64,000 nucleotides of DNA from Myxococcota bacterium. Lineage in GTDB: Bacteria; Myxococcota_A; SURF-8. Made by a program: the position numbers and the translations under genes. Location of the stretch: assembly GCA_965140415.1 (NCBI GenBank), contig OZ223209.1, positions 2,880,001 to 2,944,000 on the forward strand, given 5' to 3'. Below the pieces are notes generated by a model that searched no databases, was not told the DNA's origin, and saw nothing but the letters and a program-made list of their open reading frames with translations. This document shows positions 45,388 to 54,527 of this stretch, one piece after another (position 1 is the stretch's first letter; each line of letters opens with the position of its first letter).

Positions 45388-46596
45388 ATGTCCGGGTTTC
45401 ACTATCAGTGCAGTCATTGCGGAGCAATCTTTGAACGGGATGAAGTTCGCTATCTCTGTCCTTATTGCGAAAAGGATTGGAAGACGGGTGAACCTCTGTT
45501 GGGAATACTACTGGCTCAATTTGATTACGAAAAACTGGGTGGCACCTTTAAAAAAGAGCGACCCGACTGGCAGTGCTTGTGCGCAGTTGAGAAAAAGTTC
45601 CATCCGCCATTGGCCGTCGGTTGTACGCCATTGGTTTCAGCGGTACGGCTGGGAAGGCGCTTGGATATCGAGGGGTTGTGGATCAAGAACGACGGACTGA
45701 ATCCGAGTGGTTCTTTGAAAGATCGGGCAAGTTTTCTGATGGTGGCCGAAGCCTTGCGGTTGGGAGAAAAAACCGTGGTGGCGGCCTCGACCGGAAATGC
45801 CGCCTCGGCACTAGCCTCGCAATGTGCAGCCGCCGGTTTGAAGGCGCTGATCTTCGTTCCTGAAAATGCGCCACGAGCCAAGCTGCTACAAATTGCACTT
45901 GCCGGAGCGCATTTGATACGTGTTCGTGGCAACTATGATGATGCGTTTCGGTTGTCCGTGGAGTATACGAAAAAGTATGGTGGGCTGAATCGCAACACGG
46001 CCTATCATCCACTGACGATTGAAGGCAAGAAAACGGTGGCTCTTGAGATTGCGGAGCAGTTTGCGTTCGATCCGCCGGATTCGGTTATTATTCCGGTTGG
46101 GGATGGCGTGATCCTCTCTGCGGTATACAAAGGCTTCTGGGATCTGCTGAAAATTAACGCGATTGAAAAAATGCCCCGAATGATTGCCGTACAGGCAAAG
46201 AGTTCCAATGCGATACACCAATTGGTAGAAAGTGGAACGTATCGGGATGCAAAAAATCCGAGCACCTTGGCGGATTCTATTTCGGTTCGGACACCGTCGG
46301 CGGCTTTTCTGGCAGCGGAGGCTGTAAAGAATAGCGGTGGCTGTTCCGTGCAGGTGCGAGATGAAGAGATCTTGTCTGCACAGAAGACCTTGCTGGAATG
46401 CACCGGGGTGTTTGCCGAACCGGCGGCAGCGGCTACCGTGGCGGGTGCTGTTAAACTGCGAATGAAGGAATACAATCTTGGTAAAAAAGTCGTATTGCTG
46501 ATCACCGGGCATGGTTTGAAGGATATCGATGCTCCTTTAAGTACGCTTTCGTTACCGGAAGCAATTGAACCGGATCTGAACGCATTAAAAGGATAA
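45388..46596 (+). CDS. Threonine-synthase-family PLP enzyme (fold type II)
   Basis: CSHC...CPYC N-terminal knuckle, NPSGSLKDRA, ASTGNA, EGKKT, PVGDG, EPAAA, TGHGLKD. Confidence 0.85.
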   Translation: MSGFHYQCSHCGAIFERDEVRYLCPYCEKDWKTGEPLLGILLAQFDYEKLGGTFKKERPDWQCLCAVEKKFHPPLAVGCTPLVSAVRLGRRLDIEGLWIKNDGLNPSGSLKDRASFLMVAEALRLGEKTVVAASTGNAASALASQCAAAGLKALIFVPENAPRAKLLQIALAGAHLIRVRGNYDDAFRLSVEYTKKYGGLNRNTAYHPLTIEGKKTVALEIAEQFAFDPPDSVIIPVGDGVILSAVYKGFWDLLKINAIEKMPRMIAVQAKSSNAIHQLVESGTYRDAKNPSTLADSISVRTPSAAFLAAEAVKNSGGCSVQVRDEEILSAQKTLLECTGVFAEPAAAATVAGAVKLRMKEYNLGKKVVLLITGHGLKDIDAPLSTLSLPEAIEPDLNALKG

Positions 46597-46605
46597 AGAA
46601 TCACC

Positions 46606-47955
46606 GTGGATCTGATCGTCACCAATGGAATCTGCTATACGCCGGAAGGGCCGAAACAAGCCGATGTCGGTGTTCTGGAAGGACGCATTGCGGCGATTGG
46701 TGAACTTCGATCCGAATATCCAAGTGCAAAAGTTTATGATGCTCAGGGACGCGCCGTGCTGCCGGGCTTGATCGATATGCATGTCCATGCGGACGATCGC
46801 ATCGGTGAATTCAACTTGGCGGACAACTGGGTAACGGTGTCATCTGCTGCAATAAAAACGGGAGTGACCAGTCAACTGGGATTTTGTACGCAGCACAACG
46901 CAGAAACTATGCAACAGGGATTGTCGCGTTGCTACGGTAGAGCGTTGGGGCGCAGCTATTGTGACGTTGGGTTTCACGTTACACCAACAGGGTATACCGA
47001 TTCGATGTGGCAGGAGATGCGACATCTCGGATCGGATGGCTTGCATACACTGAAATTGTATACCACCTACAAGCAGGCCGGATTGTATGTGGACGAGCAT
47101 CGAATGGAGAAAGTGTTTTTATTAGCCGCCCGAATGGGATGGACCGTGCTCGTTCATTGTGAAGATGAAGATGTCTTGCAAAAAAGCAAAAAGACTCCAA
47201 CTGATGCATCCAATGCGATGCTTCACGCTGTAATCAGACCGGAGGAGGCTGAGGTGGCTGCCGTGCGAAAGGTGGTGCGACTGGCCAATCGCACGGAAAC
47301 TCGGGTTCACATCGTTCACGTTTCCAGCCCGGAGAGTGTCAACGCGATCCGAGAGTGGGACACCCATGAACTGGTTACCTGTGAAACGGCGATGCAGTAC
47401 GTGTTGCTTAATGAAAAACGCTTGGAAGGCGCGAGAGGACATCGTTACTTGTGTACTCCTCCCTTACGTAGCGAGCAGAGCCGATCGAGCTTGTTGCAGA
47501 TCGTAAAATCCGGCGGGATTGATTGCCTGGCTACGGATCATTGTGCGTTTAGTCCGCAAGACAAGGATCTGCACAAGGATGATTTCCAGCGCGTACCAAA
47601 TGGCCTGGCTGGCGCCGGTTCGCTTGTTCCTCTTGCTGTGGAATTGCTGGTCGGTGGAGATCCGTCAGGTTGGTCAGACGTCGTGCGGATGTTATCGGAG
47701 AATCCTGCAAGAGTATGCGGATTGTATCCAAAGAAAGGTTGCTTGGCTGTCGGGTCGGATGCAGACCTAGTCGTAGTGGATGTGCAGGGGGCAAGTCGTC
47801 CTGTGATAAGCAGTGAGCAGGATTGCTACGAACCATATGGCGATTTCGAATCACGCTTGAACGTGCGATTGGCACTGCTGCGTGGCCGGGATGTGGTGAG
47901 AAATAACCGCTTGGTACGGCCTACCGTGCCGACGGGAGGGAATGTATGGGACTAG
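46606..47955 (+). CDS. hydA: Dihydropyrimidinase/hydantoinase (HyuA/YgeZ-like)
   Basis: PGLIDMHVH, KLYTTY (carbamylated Lys), VHCED, HIVHVS, PPLR, ATDHCAF, PNGLAG, GSDADLV. Confidence 0.82.
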   Translation: MDLIVTNGICYTPEGPKQADVGVLEGRIAAIGELRSEYPSAKVYDAQGRAVLPGLIDMHVHADDRIGEFNLADNWVTVSSAAIKTGVTSQLGFCTQHNAETMQQGLSRCYGRALGRSYCDVGFHVTPTGYTDSMWQEMRHLGSDGLHTLKLYTTYKQAGLYVDEHRMEKVFLLAARMGWTVLVHCEDEDVLQKSKKTPTDASNAMLHAVIRPEEAEVAAVRKVVRLANRTETRVHIVHVSSPESVNAIREWDTHELVTCETAMQYVLLNEKRLEGARGHRYLCTPPLRSEQSRSSLLQIVKSGGIDCLATDHCAFSPQDKDLHKDDFQRVPNGLAGAGSLVPLAVELLVGGDPSGWSDVVRMLSENPARVCGLYPKKGCLAVGSDADLVVVDVQGASRPVISSEQDCYEPYGDFESRLNVRLALLRGRDVVRNNRLVRPTVPTGGNVWD

Positions 47956-50201
47956 AAAATCAGAAAGCCTGGCGTAACGATGCGTATGCAAAAGTGACCG
48001 GGCAGGCGCGATATACAGACGATTACAAGATGCATGGACAGTTGTATGCCGCGCCGGTCTATACAGAGTATGTTCACGCACGAATTCGTTCATTCGACAC
48101 CTCCGATGCGAGCAATGCAGCCGGGGTGGTGAAAGTCATTACTGCAAAGGATATTCCAGGAACGCATCGCTTTGGCCAGATTCGTCAGGACTATCGCCTG
48201 TTGTGCGACAAGACGATTCGTATGCATGGCGACGTGGTCGCTTTGGTTGTGGCAGAGACTCGAAAAGATGCGGAAGCGGCGGCGCTACTAGTAAAAGTGG
48301 ATGCTGAACCATTACCCATTCTCACAGATCCTGAACTGGCTATGTTGCCGGATGCGGTGCAGATTCATCCAGAATACGAAAACAACATTACCAACCACCA
48401 CAAAATCCGTCGAGGAGAAGTACAGTCAGGGTTCGATTCTTCAGATGTGATTATTGAACAGGAATTTCAAACCCAGCGTATCGAGCATGGATATCTGGAA
48501 CCGGAAGCGGCCTTGTGCTTTCCACGACCGGATGGCGTTATGGAAGTGATGGGCAGTATGCAGCATCCTTTCAGTACGCGGCGTTTCGTGGCGGCGATCC
48601 TTGGAGTTACACTTTCAGAGGTAGAGGTGCGTTCCGTTTCGATGGGCGGAGGATTCGGCGGCAAGGATGATACGGCGGCCATTGTCTGCGCCCGCTGTGC
48701 GTTAGCGGCAAAGCTATGCGGTAAGCCGGTCAAACTGATTTACAAGCGTGAATGGTCGATGCGCGAGAGTTATAAACGGCATCCCTATAACGTGCAGTAC
48801 AAAATGGGATTATCGAAAGACGGGTTGATTCAAGCTGTCAAGGTTCGAGCCGTCGCCGATGCCGGAGCGTACTGCTCGGTCACGCCCTGGGTGACATGGC
48901 GCTCCACGGTGCAGTGTTGCGGACCTTACAAGGTTCCTAACGTCCATTGCGATGTGTTCGGCGTTTATACGAATAACGTATTCACGGGGGCCATGCGCGG
49001 TTTCGGTTCTCCGCAGATGAACTACTGCGTGGAGCAGATGATCGAAATGGCGGCGGAAAAGCTGGGCATAGGTGGAATCGAGTTGCGACGGAAAAACATG
49101 CTGCATCAGGGAGATGTTACCATTACCGAGCAGATTCTCGATGGTCACACTGTGAGCCTGGAACCGGTTATGGACAAGGTGCTAAAAGCTATCGATTACG
49201 ATAGAAAATTCACTCAGTGTACCTTTGGCAAGGCTCAGGATGGCGAAGATTACGGCATCGGACTGGCCATCAGCTATCGTGGAATGAGCCTGGGTGCGGA
49301 AGGTAAGGACTTCAACGGTGCGGTGATCAACGTGCAGTTCGATGGCTCGATTCTGCTGGAAGTGGCGATCCACGAAAACGGGCAGGGAGCCGAGTCGGCC
49401 ATGGTGCTGTTGCTGGCTGAAAAACTGGGCGTGAAACGGGAGCGTATCCGATATAAGCAAGGCTCCACCAGCGCTATCCCGGATGGTGGAACGACCGTCG
49501 CTTCGCGTGGAACGCTGATGGGCGGAGGTGCGGTGGTGCATGCTGCCGAGAACCTGAAAAAGAAGATGGCGCGAGTGCTGGCTGATGTATTGGATTGCAC
49601 GCCAGACCAGGTCCGTTTTGAAGAAGATGAAATTAAAGGACCGAATAAGGTTTTGAGTTTTGAGGATGCAATCACACAGATGTTCTTGAAGCAGGAGTAC
49701 CCCTATGCCTTCGGTTCATTCAAAGCACCGCGTGTCAGTTGGGAAGAGGAAAAAGGCGTTGGTAATGCCTATTTTACTTGGGTGTATGGTTGCCAGGCTG
49801 TGGAACTGACTGTGAATAGAGATACAGGAAAAGTGACATTGTTGAATGCCGTTGCCGCTCATGATGCAGGCAAGGTTGTCAATCCCCCCATGCTGCTGGG
49901 ACAGTATTATGGCGGCATGGCCATGGGTGTAGGCTACGCACTAAAGGAGGAAGTCACTTCGGAAGAGGGGAGAGTGACCTCGCTGAATTTCAATCGTTAC
50001 CATATTCCGCGTTCTACCGATCTGCCGGAAATGCAGGGAATCATTGTAGAGAATCGTGATGAGCAATCTCCTTCGGGAGCGAAGGGGATCGGTGAGCCGG
50101 TGACGGAACTAATGGCTCCGGCGATCGCAAACGCCTTGTATCATGCCACCGGAAGGCGACAGACTACGCTGCCGATGCGTAGCAAGGAGAGTCGCCAATG
50201 A
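47946..50201 (+). CDS. Xanthine-dehydrogenase-family molybdopterin-binding subunit
   Basis: KVTGQARYTDD, EHGYLEPE, MGGGFGGK, AMRGFGSPQ, ENGQG, TVASRG, GAKGIGE. Confidence 0.93.
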   Translation: MGLENQKAWRNDAYAKVTGQARYTDDYKMHGQLYAAPVYTEYVHARIRSFDTSDASNAAGVVKVITAKDIPGTHRFGQIRQDYRLLCDKTIRMHGDVVALVVAETRKDAEAAALLVKVDAEPLPILTDPELAMLPDAVQIHPEYENNITNHHKIRRGEVQSGFDSSDVIIEQEFQTQRIEHGYLEPEAALCFPRPDGVMEVMGSMQHPFSTRRFVAAILGVTLSEVEVRSVSMGGGFGGKDDTAAIVCARCALAAKLCGKPVKLIYKREWSMRESYKRHPYNVQYKMGLSKDGLIQAVKVRAVADAGAYCSVTPWVTWRSTVQCCGPYKVPNVHCDVFGVYTNNVFTGAMRGFGSPQMNYCVEQMIEMAAEKLGIGGIELRRKNMLHQGDVTITEQILDGHTVSLEPVMDKVLKAIDYDRKFTQCTFGKAQDGEDYGIGLAISYRGMSLGAEGKDFNGAVINVQFDGSILLEVAIHENGQGAESAMVLLLAEKLGVKRERIRYKQGSTSAIPDGGTTVASRGTLMGGGAVVHAAENLKKKMARVLADVLDCTPDQVRFEEDEIKGPNKVLSFEDAITQMFLKQEYPYAFGSFKAPRVSWEEEKGVGNAYFTWVYGCQAVELTVNRDTGKVTLLNAVAAHDAGKVVNPPMLLGQYYGGMAMGVGYALKEEVTSEEGRVTSLNFNRYHIPRSTDLPEMQGIIVENRDEQSPSGAKGIGEPVTELMAPAIANALYHATGRRQTTLPMRSKESRQ

Positions 50202-50671
50202 AGACAATCGTAAACCGTAAGGAAATTGTAATCAGTGATCAATTGCGGGAAATGAACCTGCTGGAGTTTCTGCGCGAAGAACTGGACCTGACCGGATCGA
50301 AAAACGGTTGCGACGGTTCCGGCATTTGCGGTGCTTGCACGGTGTTGCTCGATGGAAAAGCGGTTAAGTCCTGTAAAAAAATTGTGGGAGACATCGAGGG
50401 CAAAGAGCTTTTGACGATAGAGGGTATGCAGGATGAACAAGGAAATCTGCATCCACTGCAACAGGCATTTATCGATTGCGGCGCGATTCAATGCGGATTC
50501 TGTACGCCCGGCATGGTGATGCGCTCCTATGGATTGTTATTGAAAAACCCGAAACCCGGTCAGGAAGAAGTGCGGCGGGCATTGGGAACGAATTTGTGCC
50601 GTTGCACAGGATATCAACAAATCATCGATGCGGTCATATCCGCTGCGGAAATTCTTTCTAAAAAGAAATGA
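50198..50671 (+). CDS. (2Fe-2S) subunit of xanthine-dehydrogenase-family enzyme
   Basis: GSKNGCDGSGICGACTV, QCGFCTPG, NLCRCTGY; overlaps the Mo-subunit stop. Confidence 0.95.
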   Translation: MKTIVNRKEIVISDQLREMNLLEFLREELDLTGSKNGCDGSGICGACTVLLDGKAVKSCKKIVGDIEGKELLTIEGMQDEQGNLHPLQQAFIDCGAIQCGFCTPGMVMRSYGLLLKNPKPGQEEVRRALGTNLCRCTGYQQIIDAVISAAEILSKKK

Positions 50672-50694
50672 ACATCAAGACGGTTAGGTGAACC

Positions 50695-51891
50695 ATGACG
50701 ACAGAAACCATAAAAAAGAACCTGAAGCGCTTGCAGAAACTTTCAACGGATATGCAGCATAAGGATTTTCTGCTGACCTGGGAAAAAAGCGACGAAGAAA
50801 TCAAAGCCGTTTGTCATACGGCGCAGTGTCTCAAGGAAATGAACAAGCAGGGCTTGAGTTTCCGTATGTTCGATACCGGACTGGCGATTTCGATTTTCAG
50901 GGACAACAGCACGCGTACGCGCTTCAGTTTCGCTTCGGCGGCAAATGCATTGGGCTTGACGGTTTCCGATCTCGATGAAAAGAAATCTCAAATCGCCCAC
51001 GGAGAAACCGTTCGTGAAACGGCCAACATGATTTCTTTCATGACCGAGGCCATCGGTATTCGCGATGACATGTATCTGGGAGAAGGCAATGCGTACATGC
51101 GTGAAGTCGGACAGGCGGTGCAGGAAGGTTTCGATAAAGGCGTGTTGCATCGACGCCCAACCTTGGTGAACCTGCAATGTGACATCGATCACCCGACACA
51201 AACACTTGCCGATTTGATGAAATTGCGGAATTACTTTGGATCATTCGAAGAGATGAAGGGCAAGCGTATCGCCATGACTTGGGCGTATTCGCCGAGCTAT
51301 GGAAAGCCGCTGTCCGTGCCGCAAGGGATTATTGGTTTGATGACCCGGCTTGGAATGGATGTGGTTCTTGCGCACCCGGAAGGTTACGATCTCATTCCAG
51401 AAGTGGAAGAGATTGCACGAAACAACGCGGCACGCTCTGCGGGATCGTTCAGGAAAGTAACGACAATGGAGGAAGCTTTCGAAGGCGCTTATGTCGTCTA
51501 TCCGAAAAGCTGGGCTCCGTATCGCATCATGCAACAGCGTACACCCTTGTTGAAAAATGGCGATCATGAGGGCTTGAAACAACTTGAAAAAACGTGTTTG
51601 GAAAATAACGCCGAATTCATGAATTGGGAATGTGACGAAAAGAAGATGGCTAAAACGCATGACGGCAATGCCTTGTACATGCATTGCCTGCCTGCGGATA
51701 TCAGTGGTGTAAGCTGTAAGCAGGGAGAAGTGAGTGCCGAAGTCTTTGAAAAATACAGGCTGGAAACTTATCACGAGGCAAGCTATAAGCCTTATGTCAT
51801 TGCAGCCATGATTCTACTCGCAAAGGTTTCCGATCCTGCGGAAGCGATTCAAAACTTGCTGGAGCGAAACAGTATTAACCAGTTCGTGTAA
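50695..51891 (+). CDS. ygeW: Knotted carbamoyltransferase YgeW
   Basis: FRDNSTRTRFSF, NLQCDIDHPTQ, WAYSPSYGKPLSVPQG, YPKSWAP, HCLPAD. Confidence 0.95.
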   Translation: MTTETIKKNLKRLQKLSTDMQHKDFLLTWEKSDEEIKAVCHTAQCLKEMNKQGLSFRMFDTGLAISIFRDNSTRTRFSFASAANALGLTVSDLDEKKSQIAHGETVRETANMISFMTEAIGIRDDMYLGEGNAYMREVGQAVQEGFDKGVLHRRPTLVNLQCDIDHPTQTLADLMKLRNYFGSFEEMKGKRIAMTWAYSPSYGKPLSVPQGIIGLMTRLGMDVVLAHPEGYDLIPEVEEIARNNAARSAGSFRKVTTMEEAFEGAYVVYPKSWAPYRIMQQRTPLLKNGDHEGLKQLEKTCLENNAEFMNWECDEKKMAKTHDGNALYMHCLPADISGVSCKQGEVSAEVFEKYRLETYHEASYKPYVIAAMILLAKVSDPAEAIQNLLERNSINQFV

Positions 51892-51923
51892 AAACAAACA
51901 ACTTTAAGAAGGCGTAGCGATCC

Positions 51924-53414
51924 ATGACATCATTTCAATCACGCATCATCGATCACATTGATCCGGAAACCGTTTCCAATAATGCCCAGCGCTGTCGCGA
52001 GCGGGGAATCGTCATTCCTACTTTCAAGCAACTGAGAAATCCGGAGACGATTCCGCAGTGCATCACGCGCCGCCTGCCCGAAATCGGTTTATGGGATGTC
52101 AATCCGCTCAATCTCTTTCGCATCACTTGGAAAAACGATGTCGCCAGCGGCTTGTTTGGTGGCGTCAACTATCTCGAGATCCCATCCGAAATTAGCGGAG
52201 TAAAGGCGCGCATCATCGGGTTGACCGGCAAGTTCTTTCCAACCGGTGCTCACAAAGTAGGGGCGGCTTTCGGTTGTCTCGTGCCACGTCTGGTAAGTGG
52301 TGCTTTCGATCCGACTAAGCATAAGGCCGTATGGCCATCGACTGGAAATTACTGCCGGGGTGGCGCCTATGATTGTGCGCTGTTGGCTTGTACTGCGGTG
52401 GCGATATTGCCGGAAGAGATGTCGCAGGAACGTTTCAATTGGTTGCGCGAAATCGGATCGGAAGTGATTGCTACGCCGGGCTGCGAATCCAACGTAAAGG
52501 AAATCTACGATAAATGCTGGGAGTTGCGTGACGATCCCGACAATATCATCTTCAACCAGTTCGATGAATTCGGAAATCCGATTTTCCATTACTCAGTTAC
52601 CGGTCCGGCAATCGAAGAAGTATTTAACGAATTGGATGGGGATGCATTGCGTCTGGCTGCGTATGTTTCAGCAACCGGTTCGGCAGGGACCATTGCCGCC
52701 GGTGATTATCTTAAGTCGCTTTACCCAACGGCAAAGACCATCGCTGCCGAGGCGTTGCAATGTCCGACATTGCTGATGAATGGTTTCGGCGGACATCGCA
52801 TCGAAGGCATTGGCGACAAGCATGTCCCCTGGGTGCATAACGCTCGTTCTCTGGATGCGGTCGCGGCAATTGACGACAACGACTGCATGAAAATAATGCG
52901 CTTATTCAATGAAGATGTGGGTCTGGAACTGTTGAAATCGCAAGGATTAGATGACGAAAAAGCGGAGAAGCTGTCTCTGCTTGGTATCAGCAGTATTGGA
53001 AACCTGTTGGCTGCAATAAAGACCGCCAAGTATTACGAAATGGATGAAAACGATGTGATCTTTACCGTTTTCACCGATTCGATGGAACTGTACGGGTCAA
53101 GAATCGAGGAAATGCGGGCGGAGCAAGGCAGCTATGAAACGATTCAGGCTGCACAGGACTTCTCCGGCTCGGTGATTGCACAGGGAATCGACTATTTTAA
53201 GGAACTGGGCTATTACGACCGCAAAGCCGTTCATAACCTTAAATATTATACCTGGGTGGAGCAGCAAGGGAAGACCTACGAAGAAATCCTTGAATTATGG
53301 AAACCTGAATTCTGGCGTTCCATGTTCGAGGATGAAGTGGCTGTATTCGATCGCATGATCGACGAGTTCAATCGCGAAGTCGGATTGCTGGATACATGGA
53401 AAAGGGAAGGGTAA
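51924..53414 (+). CDS. PLP-dependent fold-type-II enzyme (cysteine-synthase-like), purine-cluster associated
   Basis: FPTGAHKVGA (PLP Lys), WPSTGNYCRGG, NQFDE, TGSAGT, HRIEGIGDK. Confidence 0.85.
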   Translation: MTSFQSRIIDHIDPETVSNNAQRCRERGIVIPTFKQLRNPETIPQCITRRLPEIGLWDVNPLNLFRITWKNDVASGLFGGVNYLEIPSEISGVKARIIGLTGKFFPTGAHKVGAAFGCLVPRLVSGAFDPTKHKAVWPSTGNYCRGGAYDCALLACTAVAILPEEMSQERFNWLREIGSEVIATPGCESNVKEIYDKCWELRDDPDNIIFNQFDEFGNPIFHYSVTGPAIEEVFNELDGDALRLAAYVSATGSAGTIAAGDYLKSLYPTAKTIAAEALQCPTLLMNGFGGHRIEGIGDKHVPWVHNARSLDAVAAIDDNDCMKIMRLFNEDVGLELLKSQGLDDEKAEKLSLLGISSIGNLLAAIKTAKYYEMDENDVIFTVFTDSMELYGSRIEEMRAEQGSYETIQAAQDFSGSVIAQGIDYFKELGYYDRKAVHNLKYYTWVEQQGKTYEEILELWKPEFWRSMFEDEVAVFDRMIDEFNREVGLLDTWKREG

Positions 53415-53417
53415 CGG

Positions 53418-54350
53418 TTATTCCGATGTGAGAATTCGCTTGATGATCTCTTCTGCATCGCGGTGTTGCGGGCGTAATTCAGATGCATCGTAAGCTCCCC
53501 CGAGATCCCACAGACCGGCGCAGATGTCCGATAAACTACATAGATCGCAGATTGGTGCTTTCTGGTAACGCCAGCCCTGCTCGCGGTAATCGCCACGGTC
53601 ATCCAGAAAATGAATGATGCGTTCATCGCCTTTGACGATGGCGCGGGTTTCCGTGCTGGCGTAGGCGAATTCTCCCATGTAACATAACGGCACCTTTTCC
53701 AAACGGAATGTCCGACCGCTTCCTTCTAGAAATTCCATGCAGGCTAAAAGTGAGCTTTCGCATTGAGCCAAAGTAGGGATGGTCTCCGGGTGATCGGCCA
53801 CACGGTTCATGTACGGGTCTAGGAAAGTCCAACTGAAATGGTGCACGAAAGGAAAGTTGTCGCAAATCCAGCGCGCCGTCTGATCCAGATGATCGGCATT
53901 CTGGGCGCAGATCGTTTGGTTGATATCCACGGCTGTTGATGTGTTTCGAAGCAAAAACAGGCTGCGAACGATATTGGATAGCGAATCGTGATTTCCGGTC
54001 AGTTGCGCCTGGACAGAAGCATGATGACTGTGAATCGAAAGATGGATGTGCCGTAGACCGGCATGCAATAGCGAGTTCAAATAAGCGGGGTCGGCTGTTT
54101 TCTGTCCGTTGGTGATCACACGGCAGGGCATATCTTTTTCATGGCAATACGCAATCAACTCGGCCAGGTAGGGAAATAAGGTCGGTTCACCACCTGTTAG
54201 AATAACACCGTCGTAGCCCTGGCGGATGTGCACGTCGATCATGTCCATGGCTTGTTGAACGGTCAATTCCTTGCCGGTTTCCGGATTCGAACAAAACCGG
54301 CAATTCTGATTGCATTGCCGGTTGACTTGTATATATCCCAGGTTGGCCAT
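53418..54350 (-). CDS. Radical SAM protein with C-terminal Cys cluster (HxsC-like architecture)
   Basis: CNQNCRFC, LTGGEPT, ITNG, VPLC, C-terminal CDLCSLSDICAG...Y...EL.P. Confidence 0.9.
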   Translation of the reverse strand: MANLGYIQVNRQCNQNCRFCSNPETGKELTVQQAMDMIDVHIRQGYDGVILTGGEPTLFPYLAELIAYCHEKDMPCRVITNGQKTADPAYLNSLLHAGLRHIHLSIHSHHASVQAQLTGNHDSLSNIVRSLFLLRNTSTAVDINQTICAQNADHLDQTARWICDNFPFVHHFSWTFLDPYMNRVADHPETIPTLAQCESSLLACMEFLEGSGRTFRLEKVPLCYMGEFAYASTETRAIVKGDERIIHFLDDRGDYREQGWRYQKAPICDLCSLSDICAGLWDLGGAYDASELRPQHRDAEEIIKRILTSE

Positions 54351-54527
54351 CGATCGCCTTTTCGATTCATGCTCAGCTCTTCAACGCAGCGGATTGTACA
54401 CCAAGCTGTATCAAAAAAACATGTTCAAATACAAATCGGAATGATTTCTTAAAAGATGAAAAAGCATCCCGATCCATAGCAGGCTATGGTATATACGAAT
54501 TCGAAACGTACTAGTTGGAGGTAGGGA

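Noticed and set aside
47946-50671. Selenocysteine recoding in the Xdh genes
   Set aside because: ORFs are full length with no in-frame TGA; any selenium would be a cofactor ligand, which cannot be read from this window.
54351-54527. RiPP precursor peptide between the radical SAM genes
   Set aside because: No short ORF with a good RBS or His-Xaa-Ser/repetitive core; the region looks like a divergent promoter.
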